From a virus, in IMG/VR virus record IMGVR_UViG_3300007513_000013, positions 32,001 through 96,000 of that record: a stretch of DNA of 64,000 bases; one strand, 5' to 3'. A program made the translations under genes and the position numbers. Positions 1-8,391 of this stretch are shown here, one piece after another. The first letter of the stretch is position 1. Every line of letters starts with the position of its first letter. The notes under the pieces were generated by a model. That model was not told the DNA's origin, did not search any database, and saw nothing but the letters and a program-made list of their open reading frames with translations.

Positions 1-1
1 G

Positions 2-139
2 AGCTTGTTTGGCTGGAACTCAAGCGGTATTGTGATTGCCATATGTGGTCCAAAGTGGGTAAAGGTAGCGTGGTCTGATGGGATTATTTACGAAGAGCAC
101 GTTGAGGATTTGGAAAGGATTAGCACTGCCCCCACTTAA
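2..139 (+). CDS. Partial small SH3/KOW-like protein (5' truncated by window edge)
   Basis: Hand translation from base 2: SLFGWNSSGIVIAICGPKWVKVAWSDGIIYEEHVEDLERISTAPT*; same GIV...V.W...LE.IS pattern as the downstream family. Confidence 0.55.
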   Translation, partial: SLFGWNSSGIVIAICGPKWVKVAWSDGIIYEEHVEDLERISTAPT

Positions 140-176
140 TTTTTTTTTTTTTTTTTCCTGCGCGCGAGGGCAAATT

Positions 177-350
177 ATGAAAGTTGGAGATCTAGTAAAG
201 TTTGGACAGAACGATGCAATGGGCATTATTGTTGATATAAGCCCTAATTCTTATTTTGGCAATTCGGACTTGTATCATGTCAGATGGTTCGATGGTGTTA
301 TGAACTCTCGATTCGACGTTGAACTGGAAGTTATCAGTGAAGGTCGGTGA
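177..350 (+). CDS. Small SH3/KOW-like protein (VGDLV family)
   Basis: MKVGDLVKFGQNDAMGIIV...YHVRWFDG...LEVISEGR; ATG at 177 after GAGGG, more plausible than the track start at 78. Confidence 0.75.
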   Translation: MKVGDLVKFGQNDAMGIIVDISPNSYFGNSDLYHVRWFDGVMNSRFDVELEVISEGR

Positions 351-531
351 TCTAGTGGCAATAAAATCCAACATGGGAGATGACATGGGAAAAGTATATT
401 GCACAGGAATATACTTAGGCACCAGCAACACTTGGAAAGATTGGCATCTTGTGTGCGATATGAAAGGCCGACAAATGAAGTGGGATGAGCCTTTTTGGAT
501 ACTGGAGGTAATCAGTGAGAGCCAAACCTAA
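337..531 (+). CDS. Small SH3/KOW-like protein (VGDLV family)
   Basis: GTG start, VKVGDLVAIK...LEVISESQT; overlaps upstream gene by 14 nt. Confidence 0.7.
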   Translation: MKVGDLVAIKSNMGDDMGKVYCTGIYLGTSNTWKDWHLVCDMKGRQMKWDEPFWILEVISESQT

Positions 532-688
532 AGTTGGCGATCTTGTAGAGCATTTTCATGGCGCGCGCGGCATCGTTAAAGCCACTCGCGGAATTGACGT
601 GGAAATTCATTGGATGGGGAGGCGCGCCCTAGTGGGCGACTCTTCATGGCACCGGCGCACTAGTGTCAAAGTGATATCAAGGGCTTAG
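515..688 (+). CDS. Small SH3/KOW-like protein (VGDLV family), not in ORF track
   Basis: GTG at 515 after GGAGGT: VRAKPKVGDLVEHFHGARGIVKATRGIDVEIHWMGRRALVGDSSWHRRTSVKVISRA*. Confidence 0.7.
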   Translation: MRAKPKVGDLVEHFHGARGIVKATRGIDVEIHWMGRRALVGDSSWHRRTSVKVISRA

Positions 689-717
689 AAAAAACATGAA
701 AAAAAACATGAAAAAGC

Positions 718-746
718 TTGACATTTTCTTCAACGTGTGAGATAAT
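718..746 (+). promoter_or_regulatory. Sigma70-like early promoter
   Basis: TTGACA-17 nt-GATAAT with TG extended -10 context. Confidence 0.8.
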
Positions 747-757
747 TATAATGAACG

Positions 758-1420
758 ATGGATGGAGAAAACATGAATCCTACGATGCTCGAAAGATTGA
801 CTGCTGCTCTTGAAAAGAAACAGCTTCTAACCGATTGGGAACATGGCTTTATTGAGAGTTTGCAAGAGCAATTCAATAAACGTGGAAGGCTCTCTGCGCG
901 TCAGGTTGAGATCCTTGATCGCATTGAGAGAGAAAAGCTTTCTGAGAGCGCAGTCGCAAAAGCGAAACGCTGGTTCAAAGAGTACAGCGATGAACATCGC
1001 CGCACTGCGCGCATATGCGCCGAATATTATAGGCACACTGGATACTTTCAGACGCTTGTTCACCTCATCCTGAATACAGAAAACCATATCCCCACTGAGA
1101 AGCAGTACAAAAAGATGTGCGAAAACAAGTACGCCAAAAAAGTGCTGGCCGAACATGATGTTGCGCCAAAGTACCCTGTTGGTTCGCTGGTTGAAGTACG
1201 CGCCACTGCTGATTGGTCCCACCGACGCTCCGCAAATGGTATGCCTTGTGTTGTCATTTCATCGGGAGGCACAGTTAAGAGCGCAGCTAAGGGCGCGAAA
1301 CCATACAAGATTTTGCCCTTTGGCTCCGCGAAGCCCATTGATTGCGAAGAGCGACACATAAAAAAGTGCAAGAATCCAAAAAAAGCTAAAAAAGTTGTTG
1401 ACAACGATATACCATTCTGA
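758..1420 (+). CDS. Hypothetical phage protein with C-terminal KOW/SH3-like segment
   Basis: 220 aa ORF directly after a promoter; C-terminal YPVGSLVEV...CVVIS...YKILPFG...CEERHIK. Confidence 0.75.
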   Translation: MDGENMNPTMLERLTAALEKKQLLTDWEHGFIESLQEQFNKRGRLSARQVEILDRIEREKLSESAVAKAKRWFKEYSDEHRRTARICAEYYRHTGYFQTLVHLILNTENHIPTEKQYKKMCENKYAKKVLAEHDVAPKYPVGSLVEVRATADWSHRRSANGMPCVVISSGGTVKSAAKGAKPYKILPFGSAKPIDCEERHIKKCKNPKKAKKVVDNDIPF

Positions 1421-1426
1421 TATAAT
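1398..1426 (+). promoter_or_regulatory. Sigma70-like early promoter
   Basis: TTGACA-17 nt-TATAAT, perfect consensus. Confidence 0.85.
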
Positions 1427-1459
1427 AGTGGCAGGACTTAAGAAACAAAGGAGAAAAAC

Positions 1460-2161
1460 TTGAGTTGGAACAACACAGTTAGGTGTTCTCATTGTTGGCA
1501 AAACGGCCACAACAAGGCCGGATGCACAGAATTACGAGAAAAGATGCAAAAACGCATGGATGCTGATCCGGACGACTGGCGCGCCCAAGAATACTTTAGA
1601 AAGAAACAGCGAAGCAGAAGCCGCACGTGTTCTTATTGCAATCATTCCGGGCACAACCGAAAGACATGCAAAGAGTTGCAACATGCAAAGAACGTAACGC
1701 GAGAAAAAGCCGCTGAATGGCGAGTCATGGCATTGGAGCATCTTAGTCGCATCGGCGTTGGTGTTGGGGCGCTCGTAACCTACCAAACTTGGGAAAATGC
1801 GCCAAGACCAGCGATGGTTACAGGGATCGACTGGAATAGTCTAGATCACAGGTATATCCACAGCGGTTGGCACGAAACAAACTCTTTTAGGATCGGCAAC
1901 TTGGACAACTCCAATGTTCGGGCGGCTGATTACACCGTGGCTTTGCCAAAAGATGAGACAAACAAGGTGACAGCCGAAAACTACGATCCTTATCGGCCTG
2001 TTGTCATCGTCGGACCTCTTTCAGCGGAGTCGGTGAAAAGCCAAGTTCCAGCGAATTGGCTGACGGGCGAAAGCGCGCTCACTAACATTTTTGACAAGGA
2101 TACCAGACCACACACTGTTAGTGATTGGGTAGAATTCCAGAATTTTTATCAAGAAAAGTAA
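1460..2161 (+). CDS. Tandem zinc-knuckle (CCHC) protein
   Basis: Two CxxCxxxGHxxxxC motifs (CSHCWQNGHNKAGC, CSYCNHSGHNRKTC); TTG start after AAGGAG. Confidence 0.75.
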   Translation: MSWNNTVRCSHCWQNGHNKAGCTELREKMQKRMDADPDDWRAQEYFRKKQRSRSRTCSYCNHSGHNRKTCKELQHAKNVTREKAAEWRVMALEHLSRIGVGVGALVTYQTWENAPRPAMVTGIDWNSLDHRYIHSGWHETNSFRIGNLDNSNVRAADYTVALPKDETNKVTAENYDPYRPVVIVGPLSAESVKSQVPANWLTGESALTNIFDKDTRPHTVSDWVEFQNFYQEK

Positions 2162-2169
2162 AAAAAACC

Positions 2170-2198
2170 TTGACAGATTGAAGAATCTGTGAGATAAT
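2170..2198 (+). promoter_or_regulatory. Sigma70-like early promoter
   Basis: TTGACA-17 nt-GATAAT followed by TATAGAAAC. Confidence 0.8.
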
Positions 2199-2239
2199 TA
2201 CTATAGAAACAATGAGAAAAGCCGGGAGGCACACACAAC

Positions 2240-3301
2240 ATGGCAATTGACTTCAAAACTTTTATCGAAATTGTTCCACACGTAACCACGATTCGCAAGC
2301 CTGTTTTGCTTCGTGGTCGCCATGGCATCGGCAAATCTCAGGTTGTTTATCAGTACGCTGAAAACGCTGATATGCCAGTGGTAGAGCGACGTGCAAGTCA
2401 AATGACTGAAGGCGATCTGCTCGGCCTCCCCTCTACTGATGGTCAGATCACGTCTTGGAATCCTCCCGATTGGTACAAGGCTGCATGTGATCAGGGCGTT
2501 GTGCTCTTTCTCGATGAGGTTGACCGTGCGACCACTGAGGTCCGTCAAGGTATCTTTGAGTTGACCGATAGCCGCAAGCTGAATGGTCATCACTTGCACC
2601 CTGATACTTTCATCTTTGCTGCTGTCAATGGCGGCGACCATGGCGATCAGTATCAGGTTGGCGAAATGGACCCGGCAGAACTTGATCGTTGGACCGTGTT
2701 TGACATTGAACCAACCATTGAGGATTGGCTGACTTGGGCAAAAGACAAGGTTGACACGGTTGTTTGGGACTTTATTAACAACAATCACAGTCACTTAGAG
2801 CACACGAGCGAATTCGAGCCTAACAAGGTATATCCTTCGCGCCGTTCGTGGGAACGCTTGGATTCATGTCTGGTTAGTGCGGATCTTTTGAAAGAGGCTA
2901 GCCCAACACTGTTCAACCTTGCCACTGGGTTCGTTGGTTTCGAGGCGGCTGTCTCTTTCAACGATTACGTTGCAAATTACGACCGTCAGGTCACAATTGA
3001 AGATGTTTTGGATGCTGGTGCTCTTGACAAAGTGAAAGATTGGGACATCAACCAGCACAACGCTTTGATTGAGAAGATGGAGGCAAAAGACGTCTTCAAA
3101 GAGGATCTGAATAAAACTCGGGTCCAGAACCTCGCGAATTATTTCGTGATTCTACCTTCTGAGGTCGCCATGAAGCTATGGACCGTTCTCGGTCAGGGCA
3201 AGATGGAGAACACGGTTGCTCTCCATCAGGCCAAAGCTAGCGATGGCAAGTCCGTCAGTGCTCACATGGTTGAAATTCTAACTGGTACTGAGCAGGGCTA
3301 G
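2240..3301 (+). CDS. AAA+ ATPase, MoxR/AAA_5-like
   Basis: Walker A GRHGIGKS, Walker B LFLDEVDR, MDPAELDR, SRRSW; adjacent to a vWA gene. Confidence 0.9.
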   Translation: MAIDFKTFIEIVPHVTTIRKPVLLRGRHGIGKSQVVYQYAENADMPVVERRASQMTEGDLLGLPSTDGQITSWNPPDWYKAACDQGVVLFLDEVDRATTEVRQGIFELTDSRKLNGHHLHPDTFIFAAVNGGDHGDQYQVGEMDPAELDRWTVFDIEPTIEDWLTWAKDKVDTVVWDFINNNHSHLEHTSEFEPNKVYPSRRSWERLDSCLVSADLLKEASPTLFNLATGFVGFEAAVSFNDYVANYDRQVTIEDVLDAGALDKVKDWDINQHNALIEKMEAKDVFKEDLNKTRVQNLANYFVILPSEVAMKLWTVLGQGKMENTVALHQAKASDGKSVSAHMVEILTGTEQG

Positions 3302-3308
3302 TAAAAGC

Positions 3309-3350
3309 GCCCTGATGTTGAAAAAAAACAACATCAGGGCATTTTCTTCT
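3309..3350 (+). terminator. Intrinsic terminator
   Basis: Perfect 12 bp stem GCCCTGATGTTG/CAACATCAGGGC with A8 loop followed by a T-rich tract. Confidence 0.75.
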
Positions 3351-3378
3351 TGACATTTTACTCAGCCTGTGAGATAAT
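3350..3378 (+). promoter_or_regulatory. Sigma70-like promoter, probable leaderless transcript
   Basis: TTGACA-17 nt-GATAAT; ATG 3385 lies 6 nt after the -10. Confidence 0.8.
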
Positions 3379-3384
3379 TATATC

Positions 3385-4602
3385 ATGGTAAACGAAACAA
3401 AGAAAGAATTCAACCTCAACATGCACACGGCGCGCCTTCTTTTTGATGAGCCGTTCTTTGCAGCGTTGAGTCGTCGCATCAACAAGATTGCGACCACTTC
3501 AATTCCCACAGCCGGTGTTCGTGTGAACCCAGACACAGCGCAGTTTGAGATGGTTTACAACCCTGAGTTCTTTGAGGGACTTGAAGATAATCACCGCACT
3601 GGAGTACTGAAACACGAGTTCTATCATCTTGTTTTTGAGCACGTTACAAGTCGTAAGCCGGATGGTGTTGACCACAGGACTTGGAATTACGCTACGGATC
3701 TTGCAATCAATTCGCATCTTTCTAGCGAACTTCCTGAGACTGCTTTGATTCCCGGCGCAGGTCCGTTTGAAAGTTATCCGTCAGGACTTAGCGCAGAAGC
3801 CTATTTACTTAAGCTGCAAGAGGATGAACAGTTTCAAGAGGGGAAAGGTAAAGGGGATGCTGGAAATGAGAATACAGAATCTGGCGCGAGTGACGATAGT
3901 GCCGGTGGTGAGCAATTTGATTCTCACGAGGGCTGGGGTGAATCAAATTCTACAACTAGCGAGATCGCTAAGGAAAGACTCAAAGATTACATAAAAAAGG
4001 CAGCCGAAGAAGCGCAGCAAGGTAGCGGTTGGGGTTCTGTACCTGCGGCATGCCGACGCGATATTATGGCGCGCCTTGCCACTTTTGTTGATTGGCGCTC
4101 TGTGCTACGTTATTTCGTAAAGACCTCACAGCGCGCAGCCAAACGCTCTACAGTGCGTAAGATTAATAAGCGTTTTCCTTATGTCCATCCGGGCAAGAAA
4201 GTGAAACGTCAGGCTCGCATTGCAATTAGCATTGATCAGTCTGGATCGGTTTCGGATGGCATGCTTGAAGCCTTCTTTAGCGAGTTGAACAAGCTGGCGA
4301 AACATGCTACCTTTACCGTTGTTCCGTTTGATACTCGCGTTGAAGAGGCTTTGGTCTATGAGTGGAAAAAGGGCGAGAACCATAAAACTGAGCGAGTTAT
4401 GTGCGGAGGCACGGATTTTGATGCTCCAACGGCATATGTCAATAAGAACAACTTTGATGGTCACATCGTTTTGACTGATATGATGGCACCGAAACCAAAG
4501 GCTAGTAATTGCCAGCGTATGTGGATGACTACAAGGGCTTGTGCGGCGCATCCATACTTTAAGACAAATGAACGTGTTATCGCAGTTGACATAAAAGAGT
4601 AA
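3385..4602 (+). CDS. Metallopeptidase plus vWA domain protein (DUF2201-like), partner of the AAA ATPase
   Basis: HEFYH zincin motif, WNYATDLAIN, acidic linker, MIDAS DQSGS, GGTDF. Confidence 0.88.
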   Translation: MVNETKKEFNLNMHTARLLFDEPFFAALSRRINKIATTSIPTAGVRVNPDTAQFEMVYNPEFFEGLEDNHRTGVLKHEFYHLVFEHVTSRKPDGVDHRTWNYATDLAINSHLSSELPETALIPGAGPFESYPSGLSAEAYLLKLQEDEQFQEGKGKGDAGNENTESGASDDSAGGEQFDSHEGWGESNSTTSEIAKERLKDYIKKAAEEAQQGSGWGSVPAACRRDIMARLATFVDWRSVLRYFVKTSQRAAKRSTVRKINKRFPYVHPGKKVKRQARIAISIDQSGSVSDGMLEAFFSELNKLAKHATFTVVPFDTRVEEALVYEWKKGENHKTERVMCGGTDFDAPTAYVNKNNFDGHIVLTDMMAPKPKASNCQRMWMTTRACAAHPYFKTNERVIAVDIKE

Positions 4603-4619
4603 AAAAGTGAAGTTTTTAC

Positions 4620-4648
4620 TTGACAAAACTGGTTTATTTTGAGATAAT
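4620..4648 (+). promoter_or_regulatory. Sigma70-like promoter, probable leaderless transcript
   Basis: TTGACA-17 nt-GATAAT; GTG 4655 lies 6 nt after the -10. Confidence 0.8.
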
Positions 4649-4654
4649 ATAAGA

Positions 4655-4759
4655 GTGGTAGAAGCAATCGCAATATTTTACTTGGTATTTACAATAGCTT
4701 TTATAGCTTGCGATGGCTTAAACCTTATGTTTAAAAACCCGAAGAGTGGGAGAAAATAA
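4655..4759 (+). CDS. Small membrane peptide (34 aa)
   Basis: VVEAIAIFYLVFTIAFIACDGLNLMFKNPKSGRK*; stop overlaps the next ATG. Confidence 0.5.
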   Translation: MVEAIAIFYLVFTIAFIACDGLNLMFKNPKSGRK

Positions 4760-5265
4760 TGCAAGTTAATGATATTCTTATGAAAAAGTGGTGTTTCGGA
4801 ATGGGACGCAGCAAGGTTCGCGAAGAGGCAACAATGGGCGCAAACGGGGAACTTCAAACGTTCCGCACCTATCCCAAGTATCGCACTATTGTTTTCAAGG
4901 TTGAGAAAGCAACAAAGAAGGGCAACCAATGGCATGTTGAGGGAAAACAATATTCTTCTTTGAATGGCAAGCCCAAGACAACTAAGTTGGTGCTCGATGA
5001 AAAGAAAGTGGGCAAGTATAAGTTGTTCAGCGTACCGGGACAGAAGCGCCCATTCTTGCAGATTGAGAACCCCGGCACTCTAACAGAAGAGGGTTTGCCG
5101 CCGGTTGGTAGTCTGATTACTATCAACAAAAAGCATGCCATTGTAACTGCTGTAGGTCGAAATGAGTTGACAGTATTTACAAACAACAAAATGCAAACTA
5201 TCACATGCAAACCGGGCACAATCAAGTGGCACTCGGACAAAATTCTAACCAGCGTTGTTGGTTGA
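4759..5265 (+). CDS. Hypothetical protein, two beta-rich SH3-like halves
   Basis: 168 aa ORF; MQVNDILM... and PVGSLITINKKHAIVTAV segments. Confidence 0.7.
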   Translation: MQVNDILMKKWCFGMGRSKVREEATMGANGELQTFRTYPKYRTIVFKVEKATKKGNQWHVEGKQYSSLNGKPKTTKLVLDEKKVGKYKLFSVPGQKRPFLQIENPGTLTEEGLPPVGSLITINKKHAIVTAVGRNELTVFTNNKMQTITCKPGTIKWHSDKILTSVVG

Positions 5266-5275
5266 GGGAGGAAAA

Positions 5276-5335
5276 GTGTTTGAATTACTGGTACTTGCAG
5301 CATTATCATATATTTGCTGGAAACTTAACAATTAA
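5276..5335 (+). CDS. Small hydrophobic peptide (19 aa)
   Basis: GGAGG then GTG: VFELLVLAALSYICWKLNN*. Confidence 0.4.
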   Translation: MFELLVLAALSYICWKLNN

Positions 5336-5346
5336 CTAAAAACTTC

Positions 5347-5375
5347 TTGACAAAACGTTCTCTGTGTGAGATAAT
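5347..5375 (+). promoter_or_regulatory. Sigma70-like early promoter
   Basis: TTGACA-17 nt-GATAAT followed by TATAGAAAC. Confidence 0.8.
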
Positions 5376-5407
5376 ACATATAGAAACTTAGAGAAAGGGC
5401 AAATAAC

Positions 5408-5575
5408 ATGCAAGCTGGCGATTTAGTGGGACATAGATTTGAAAATGGTTTAGGCGTGATATTGAAAACACCAGAACAAACGAACAACGGTGATTATTTG
5501 GTACATTTTACAAACGACCGCAAGCCAAGATGGTATAGAGAGAAATACTTGGAGCTAATCAATGTCGCATCCTGA
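5408..5575 (+). CDS. Small SH3/KOW-like protein (VGDLV family), not in ORF track
   Basis: MQAGDLVGHRFENGLGVILKT...YLVHFTNDRKPRWYREKYLELINVAS*. Confidence 0.75.
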   Translation: MQAGDLVGHRFENGLGVILKTPEQTNNGDYLVHFTNDRKPRWYREKYLELINVAS

Positions 5576-5798
5576 AAACAATGAAAAGAACAGGTTCGAA
5601 CTAGCCACAAACGTTGTTGACACTTGGTCACTGGAGGATTTACGCGAATATGTGATACGCGAGCTTGAATCCGACTACCGTGCTGACCAATCATATTTTG
5701 AAGAAGAGTTCGACAACTTCGAAGACTCTTTCGAGTGGTCCGAAGAACTTCAGGCAACTATTGAAAAGCCGATTGACACTTCTCACATTGGAGCATAA
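5562..5798 (+). CDS. Acidic hypothetical protein
   Basis: 78 aa ORF, GGAG upstream, overlaps the previous stop. Confidence 0.7.
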   Translation: MSHPENNEKNRFELATNVVDTWSLEDLREYVIRELESDYRADQSYFEEEFDNFEDSFEWSEELQATIEKPIDTSHIGA

Positions 5799-5801
5799 AC
5801 A

Positions 5802-6185
5802 ATGGGATACCGATCAGAAGTAGCACTCGCAGTTAGCAAAGACATTATGCCATATTTTCTTGGCGTATTGGCAAAAGAACCAGCGGCGCGCCCCATGATA
5901 TTCAAAGGCTGCGACCATCTTGATCAAGATTATAACGGAGAGGGCACATTGCTCGTTGTCTGGCATGAAATAAAATGGTATGACACTTATCCAGAGATCA
6001 AGGCAATTCAGGACTTTATTGAAGGTTGTGAATTGGATGATGCCGAACACATGGGACTCAAAGACATTGAATATCCAAGCGAGCATGTACGATTCGTGCG
6101 CCTCGGTGAGGACTTTGATGACTGTGAGACGAAGGGCACATTGCACGATTGGGATATTGGCATGAGCAGGGCACTGAGCTATTGA
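5802..6185 (+). CDS. Hypothetical phage protein
   Basis: MGYRSEV...KWYDTYPE...FVRLGED, a pattern seen in small phage proteins; GGAG upstream. Confidence 0.75.
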   Translation: MGYRSEVALAVSKDIMPYFLGVLAKEPAARPMIFKGCDHLDQDYNGEGTLLVVWHEIKWYDTYPEIKAIQDFIEGCELDDAEHMGLKDIEYPSEHVRFVRLGEDFDDCETKGTLHDWDIGMSRALSY

Positions 6186-6379
6186 AAGTCGGTGATTTAG
6201 TTAAAGTTACAGCATCAGGTTTGCGCCCACAAATTGATGGTATTGCATTGATCACAAGAGTGGAAGAACGGAAAGATTCATCAGGTGCTATAGTTCAATA
6301 TTGGGCACAAATGGCGGAATCAGGCCACTTGTACTGGTTTCGAGAAGGGCAGATAGAGGTTATAAGTGAAAGTCTGTAA
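6182..6379 (+). CDS. Small SH3/KOW-like protein (VGDLV family)
   Basis: TTG start overlapping the previous TGA; LKVGDLVKV...IEVISESL. Confidence 0.7.
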   Translation: MKVGDLVKVTASGLRPQIDGIALITRVEERKDSSGAIVQYWAQMAESGHLYWFREGQIEVISESL

Positions 6380-6635
6380 AGTAATTATAGTTTTGATAAT
6401 GGTTGTTGTTTCTGGGTGTGTTTTTCATGTAGAAGAAGAGCCTATTCCTTGTGGGTATGATGAACAACCTTATTATGAGGTGCCTTTATACTGCGATGTG
6501 AACCCGTGGACATATAAAGGCGAGTGCTGCACTTGGATAGTACAAGACTACTACAGCGAGTGCATTGAATCATGGTGCTATAATGAATACGTGTGCGGCT
6601 GGATGGTTAACCAGCGCTCCTGTTATCCCATATAA
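6366..6635 (+). CDS. Cys-rich putative lipoprotein
   Basis: Hydrophobic signal ending VSGC, then several Cys and Trp residues. Confidence 0.65.
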   Translation: MKVCKVIIVLIMVVVSGCVFHVEEEPIPCGYDEQPYYEVPLYCDVNPWTYKGECCTWIVQDYYSECIESWCYNEYVCGWMVNQRSCYPI

Positions 6636-6650
6636 AACAAAAGAAACTTC

Positions 6651-6679
6651 TTGACAAAACATCGTTTGTGTGAGATAAT
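6651..6679 (+). promoter_or_regulatory. Sigma70-like promoter, probable leaderless transcript
   Basis: TTGACA-17 nt-GATAAT; ATG 6686 lies 6 nt after the -10. Confidence 0.8.
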
Positions 6680-6685
6680 ATAAGC

Positions 6686-6865
6686 ATGAAAGTTAAAAGA
6701 CTAGTTGAAGTTCTCACAACGATGGACGTGCCAGCCTCTCGAAAAGAACTTACGCCATCAAACGTACGATGGCTACTTCGAAACCTGCGAGTACGCAACG
6801 GGCAACATCCCGATATTAATGAAACAATTTCAGATCTTAAGGAGATTGCACGTGCAAGTCGGTGA
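6686..6865 (+). CDS. Hypothetical protein, not in ORF track
   Basis: MKVKRLVEVLTTMDVPASRKELTPSNVRWLLRNLRVRNGQHPDINETISDLKEIARASR*. Confidence 0.7.
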   Translation: MKVKRLVEVLTTMDVPASRKELTPSNVRWLLRNLRVRNGQHPDINETISDLKEIARASR

Positions 6866-7040
6866 TTTAGTTGAGCTTTCGGCTTGTGGTAAGAAACTTA
6901 AAAGTTTCAAGGGGTTACATGGGCATCATGGAATTGTGATCAAGCCTTCTTCAAGGTACGGCCTCTATCAAATACATTGGTTTGGAAAGCCTGTTAATTT
7001 TATGAAACGAAAAGATATAAAACACGTAAAAAACACTTGA
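6852..7040 (+). CDS. Small SH3/KOW-like protein (VGDLV family)
   Basis: GTG after AAGGAG; VQVGDLVELS...HGIVIK...YQIHWFG. Confidence 0.75.
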   Translation: MQVGDLVELSACGKKLKSFKGLHGHHGIVIKPSSRYGLYQIHWFGKPVNFMKRKDIKHVKNT

Positions 7041-7065
7041 CAAACCCGCCAATCTATGAGATAAT
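7037..7065 (+). promoter_or_regulatory. Sigma70-like promoter, probable leaderless transcript
   Basis: TTGACA-17 nt-GATAAT; ATG 7072 lies 6 nt after the -10. Confidence 0.8.
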
Positions 7066-7071
7066 ATTAAC

Positions 7072-7245
7072 ATGATACGAGAACTTCAAATTGGAGATTT
7101 AATTCAGACCAGAATGGGCTGGGTGGGAATTATTGTCGCACAAGACATACAAACCCAAACCGGTCAGCATTGGTGGAGAATTTACAACGCTGCCCAACAA
7201 CGATTCAGAATTGTTGGAGAGTGGGAGTTAGAGCGCATAAAATGA
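7072..7245 (+). CDS. Small SH3/KOW-like protein (VGDLV family), not in ORF track
   Basis: MIRELQIGDLIQTRMGWVGIIVAQD...WWRIYNAAQQRFRIVGEWELERIK*. Confidence 0.7.
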   Translation: MIRELQIGDLIQTRMGWVGIIVAQDIQTQTGQHWWRIYNAAQQRFRIVGEWELERIK

Positions 7246-7424
7246 AAGTCGGTGATATAGTAAAACATACTCGCGGCCTGTTAGGGATTATTGTTGAAGT
7301 TCCGGCAGAAGATGACTACTGGGGCAAAACTGCTGTAATTCAATGGACCGATGGACCGATGTACAGAGCAGAGCACACAGAAGAAGAATTTGAAGTTCTG
7401 GAGGTAATCAGTGCAAGTCGGTGA
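7242..7424 (+). CDS. Small SH3/KOW-like protein (VGDLV family)
   Basis: MKVGDIVKHTRGLLGIIV...IQWTDG...LEVISASR; ATGA overlap. Confidence 0.75.
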   Translation: MKVGDIVKHTRGLLGIIVEVPAEDDYWGKTAVIQWTDGPMYRAEHTEEEFEVLEVISASR

Positions 7425-7599
7425 TTTGGTTAAAGAAAGAAGCAAAATGAATCGCATCTGTTCGTTGGGAGTGATACTAAAAATACAAGAATGCCGCGCC
7501 GCCAAATGTGAATGTAAGGCAGAAGAATATTTAGTTCATTTCTTTGATGATGATGACAAGTGCTGGATGAGCAGTGGGTTTTTAGAGGTTGTCGGTTGA
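7411..7599 (+). CDS. Small SH3/KOW-like protein (VGDLV family)
   Basis: VQVGDLVKE...LGVILK...YLVHFFD...LEVVG; GGAGGT upstream. Confidence 0.75.
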   Translation: MQVGDLVKERSKMNRICSLGVILKIQECRAAKCECKAEEYLVHFFDDDDKCWMSSGFLEVVG

Positions 7600-7607
7600 G
7601 CAGTAGA

Positions 7608-7808
7608 ATGCCCAAAGTTGGTGATTTGTTGATTCAGAAGGTTGACGGACAAAACCATGTTGGTTTTATTTATAGCCTCTCTTTTCCTAAAGCAAGGGTT
7701 TTTGTGCGATGGGCGGGAAAAGCACCAAATTGTTATAACAGTGAATACGGCTATTCACCAACCAATATCCACAATCAACCCCACGTATTTAGTTTGGTGA
7801 AAACATGA
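7608..7808 (+). CDS. Small SH3/KOW-like protein (VGDLV family)
   Basis: MPKVGDLLIQ...VGFIYS...VFVRWAG. Confidence 0.7.
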   Translation: MPKVGDLLIQKVDGQNHVGFIYSLSFPKARVFVRWAGKAPNCYNSEYGYSPTNIHNQPHVFSLVKT

Positions 7809-7993
7809 AAGTTGGCGATATGATTAGAGAAAAAGAGTATCCCGACGATTCGTGCGGAGTGATTGTGCATGTTGGAGACTTGCGAACAAAAAAACCATAC
7901 AAAGTCTGGTGTCCCTTTTGGCAGGGCATTATGGACTTTGATAAGAATTACGTTCAAGAGGTGTGCGAGGTCGTTAGCAGTGCAAGTAGGTGA
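7805..7993 (+). CDS. Small SH3/KOW-like protein (VGDLV family)
   Basis: MKVGDMIRE...CGVIVHV...YKVW...CEVVSSASR. Confidence 0.75.
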   Translation: MKVGDMIREKEYPDDSCGVIVHVGDLRTKKPYKVWCPFWQGIMDFDKNYVQEVCEVVSSASR

Positions 7994-8144
7994 TTTAGTT
8001 AGACAAAAACACACCCCGCAAGGCGTTTGGTTAGTTACCAAGATAGATACTATTGATGGCTGGTTTAAGGCTCAAAGCTGTGGATATCATAGCGCATGGT
8101 TGAGAACAAACGAATACGAGGTCTTGAGTCGTGGCAATAGATAA
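7980..8144 (+). CDS. Small SH3/KOW-like protein (VGDLV family)
   Basis: VQVGDLVRQK...YEVLSRGNR; GAGGT upstream. Confidence 0.7.
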   Translation: MQVGDLVRQKHTPQGVWLVTKIDTIDGWFKAQSCGYHSAWLRTNEYEVLSRGNR

Positions 8145-8358
8145 GAGCAAACTAAAGGAGCCAATTAGCACAGAAGAGAATCGCGAGCTATTTGCAGAGC
8201 TTCTTGTTAATGATATGTCAACGAAAGAAATTCGAGAGAGAGTAAAAGAGGACATAATGAAGTCTTTCAGAAACTCAAGGACAACATTTCTCAGGGAGTA
8301 TTGGAAGTATTACGAAGAGACTTATGGGCACTGTCCGTTCAGGCTCAATAGTGACTAA
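8131..8358 (+). CDS. Hypothetical protein
   Basis: 75 aa ORF, GTG start after GAGGT within the previous gene. Confidence 0.65.
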   Translation: MAIDKSKLKEPISTEENRELFAELLVNDMSTKEIRERVKEDIMKSFRNSRTTFLREYWKYYEETYGHCPFRLNSD

Positions 8359-8391
8359 AAAGTAGCTCGCGAAATTTTTTCACTTTAATAC

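Noticed and set aside
140-156. T17 homopolymer as a phase-variation switch
   Set aside because: Intergenic once the start is placed at 177; more likely a U-tract terminator remnant or a homopolymer of uncertain length
177-8144. Integron cassette array or DGR explaining the SH3-like genes
   Set aside because: No attC-like inverted repeats, integrase, reverse transcriptase or TR/VR pair with adenine-specific differences seen
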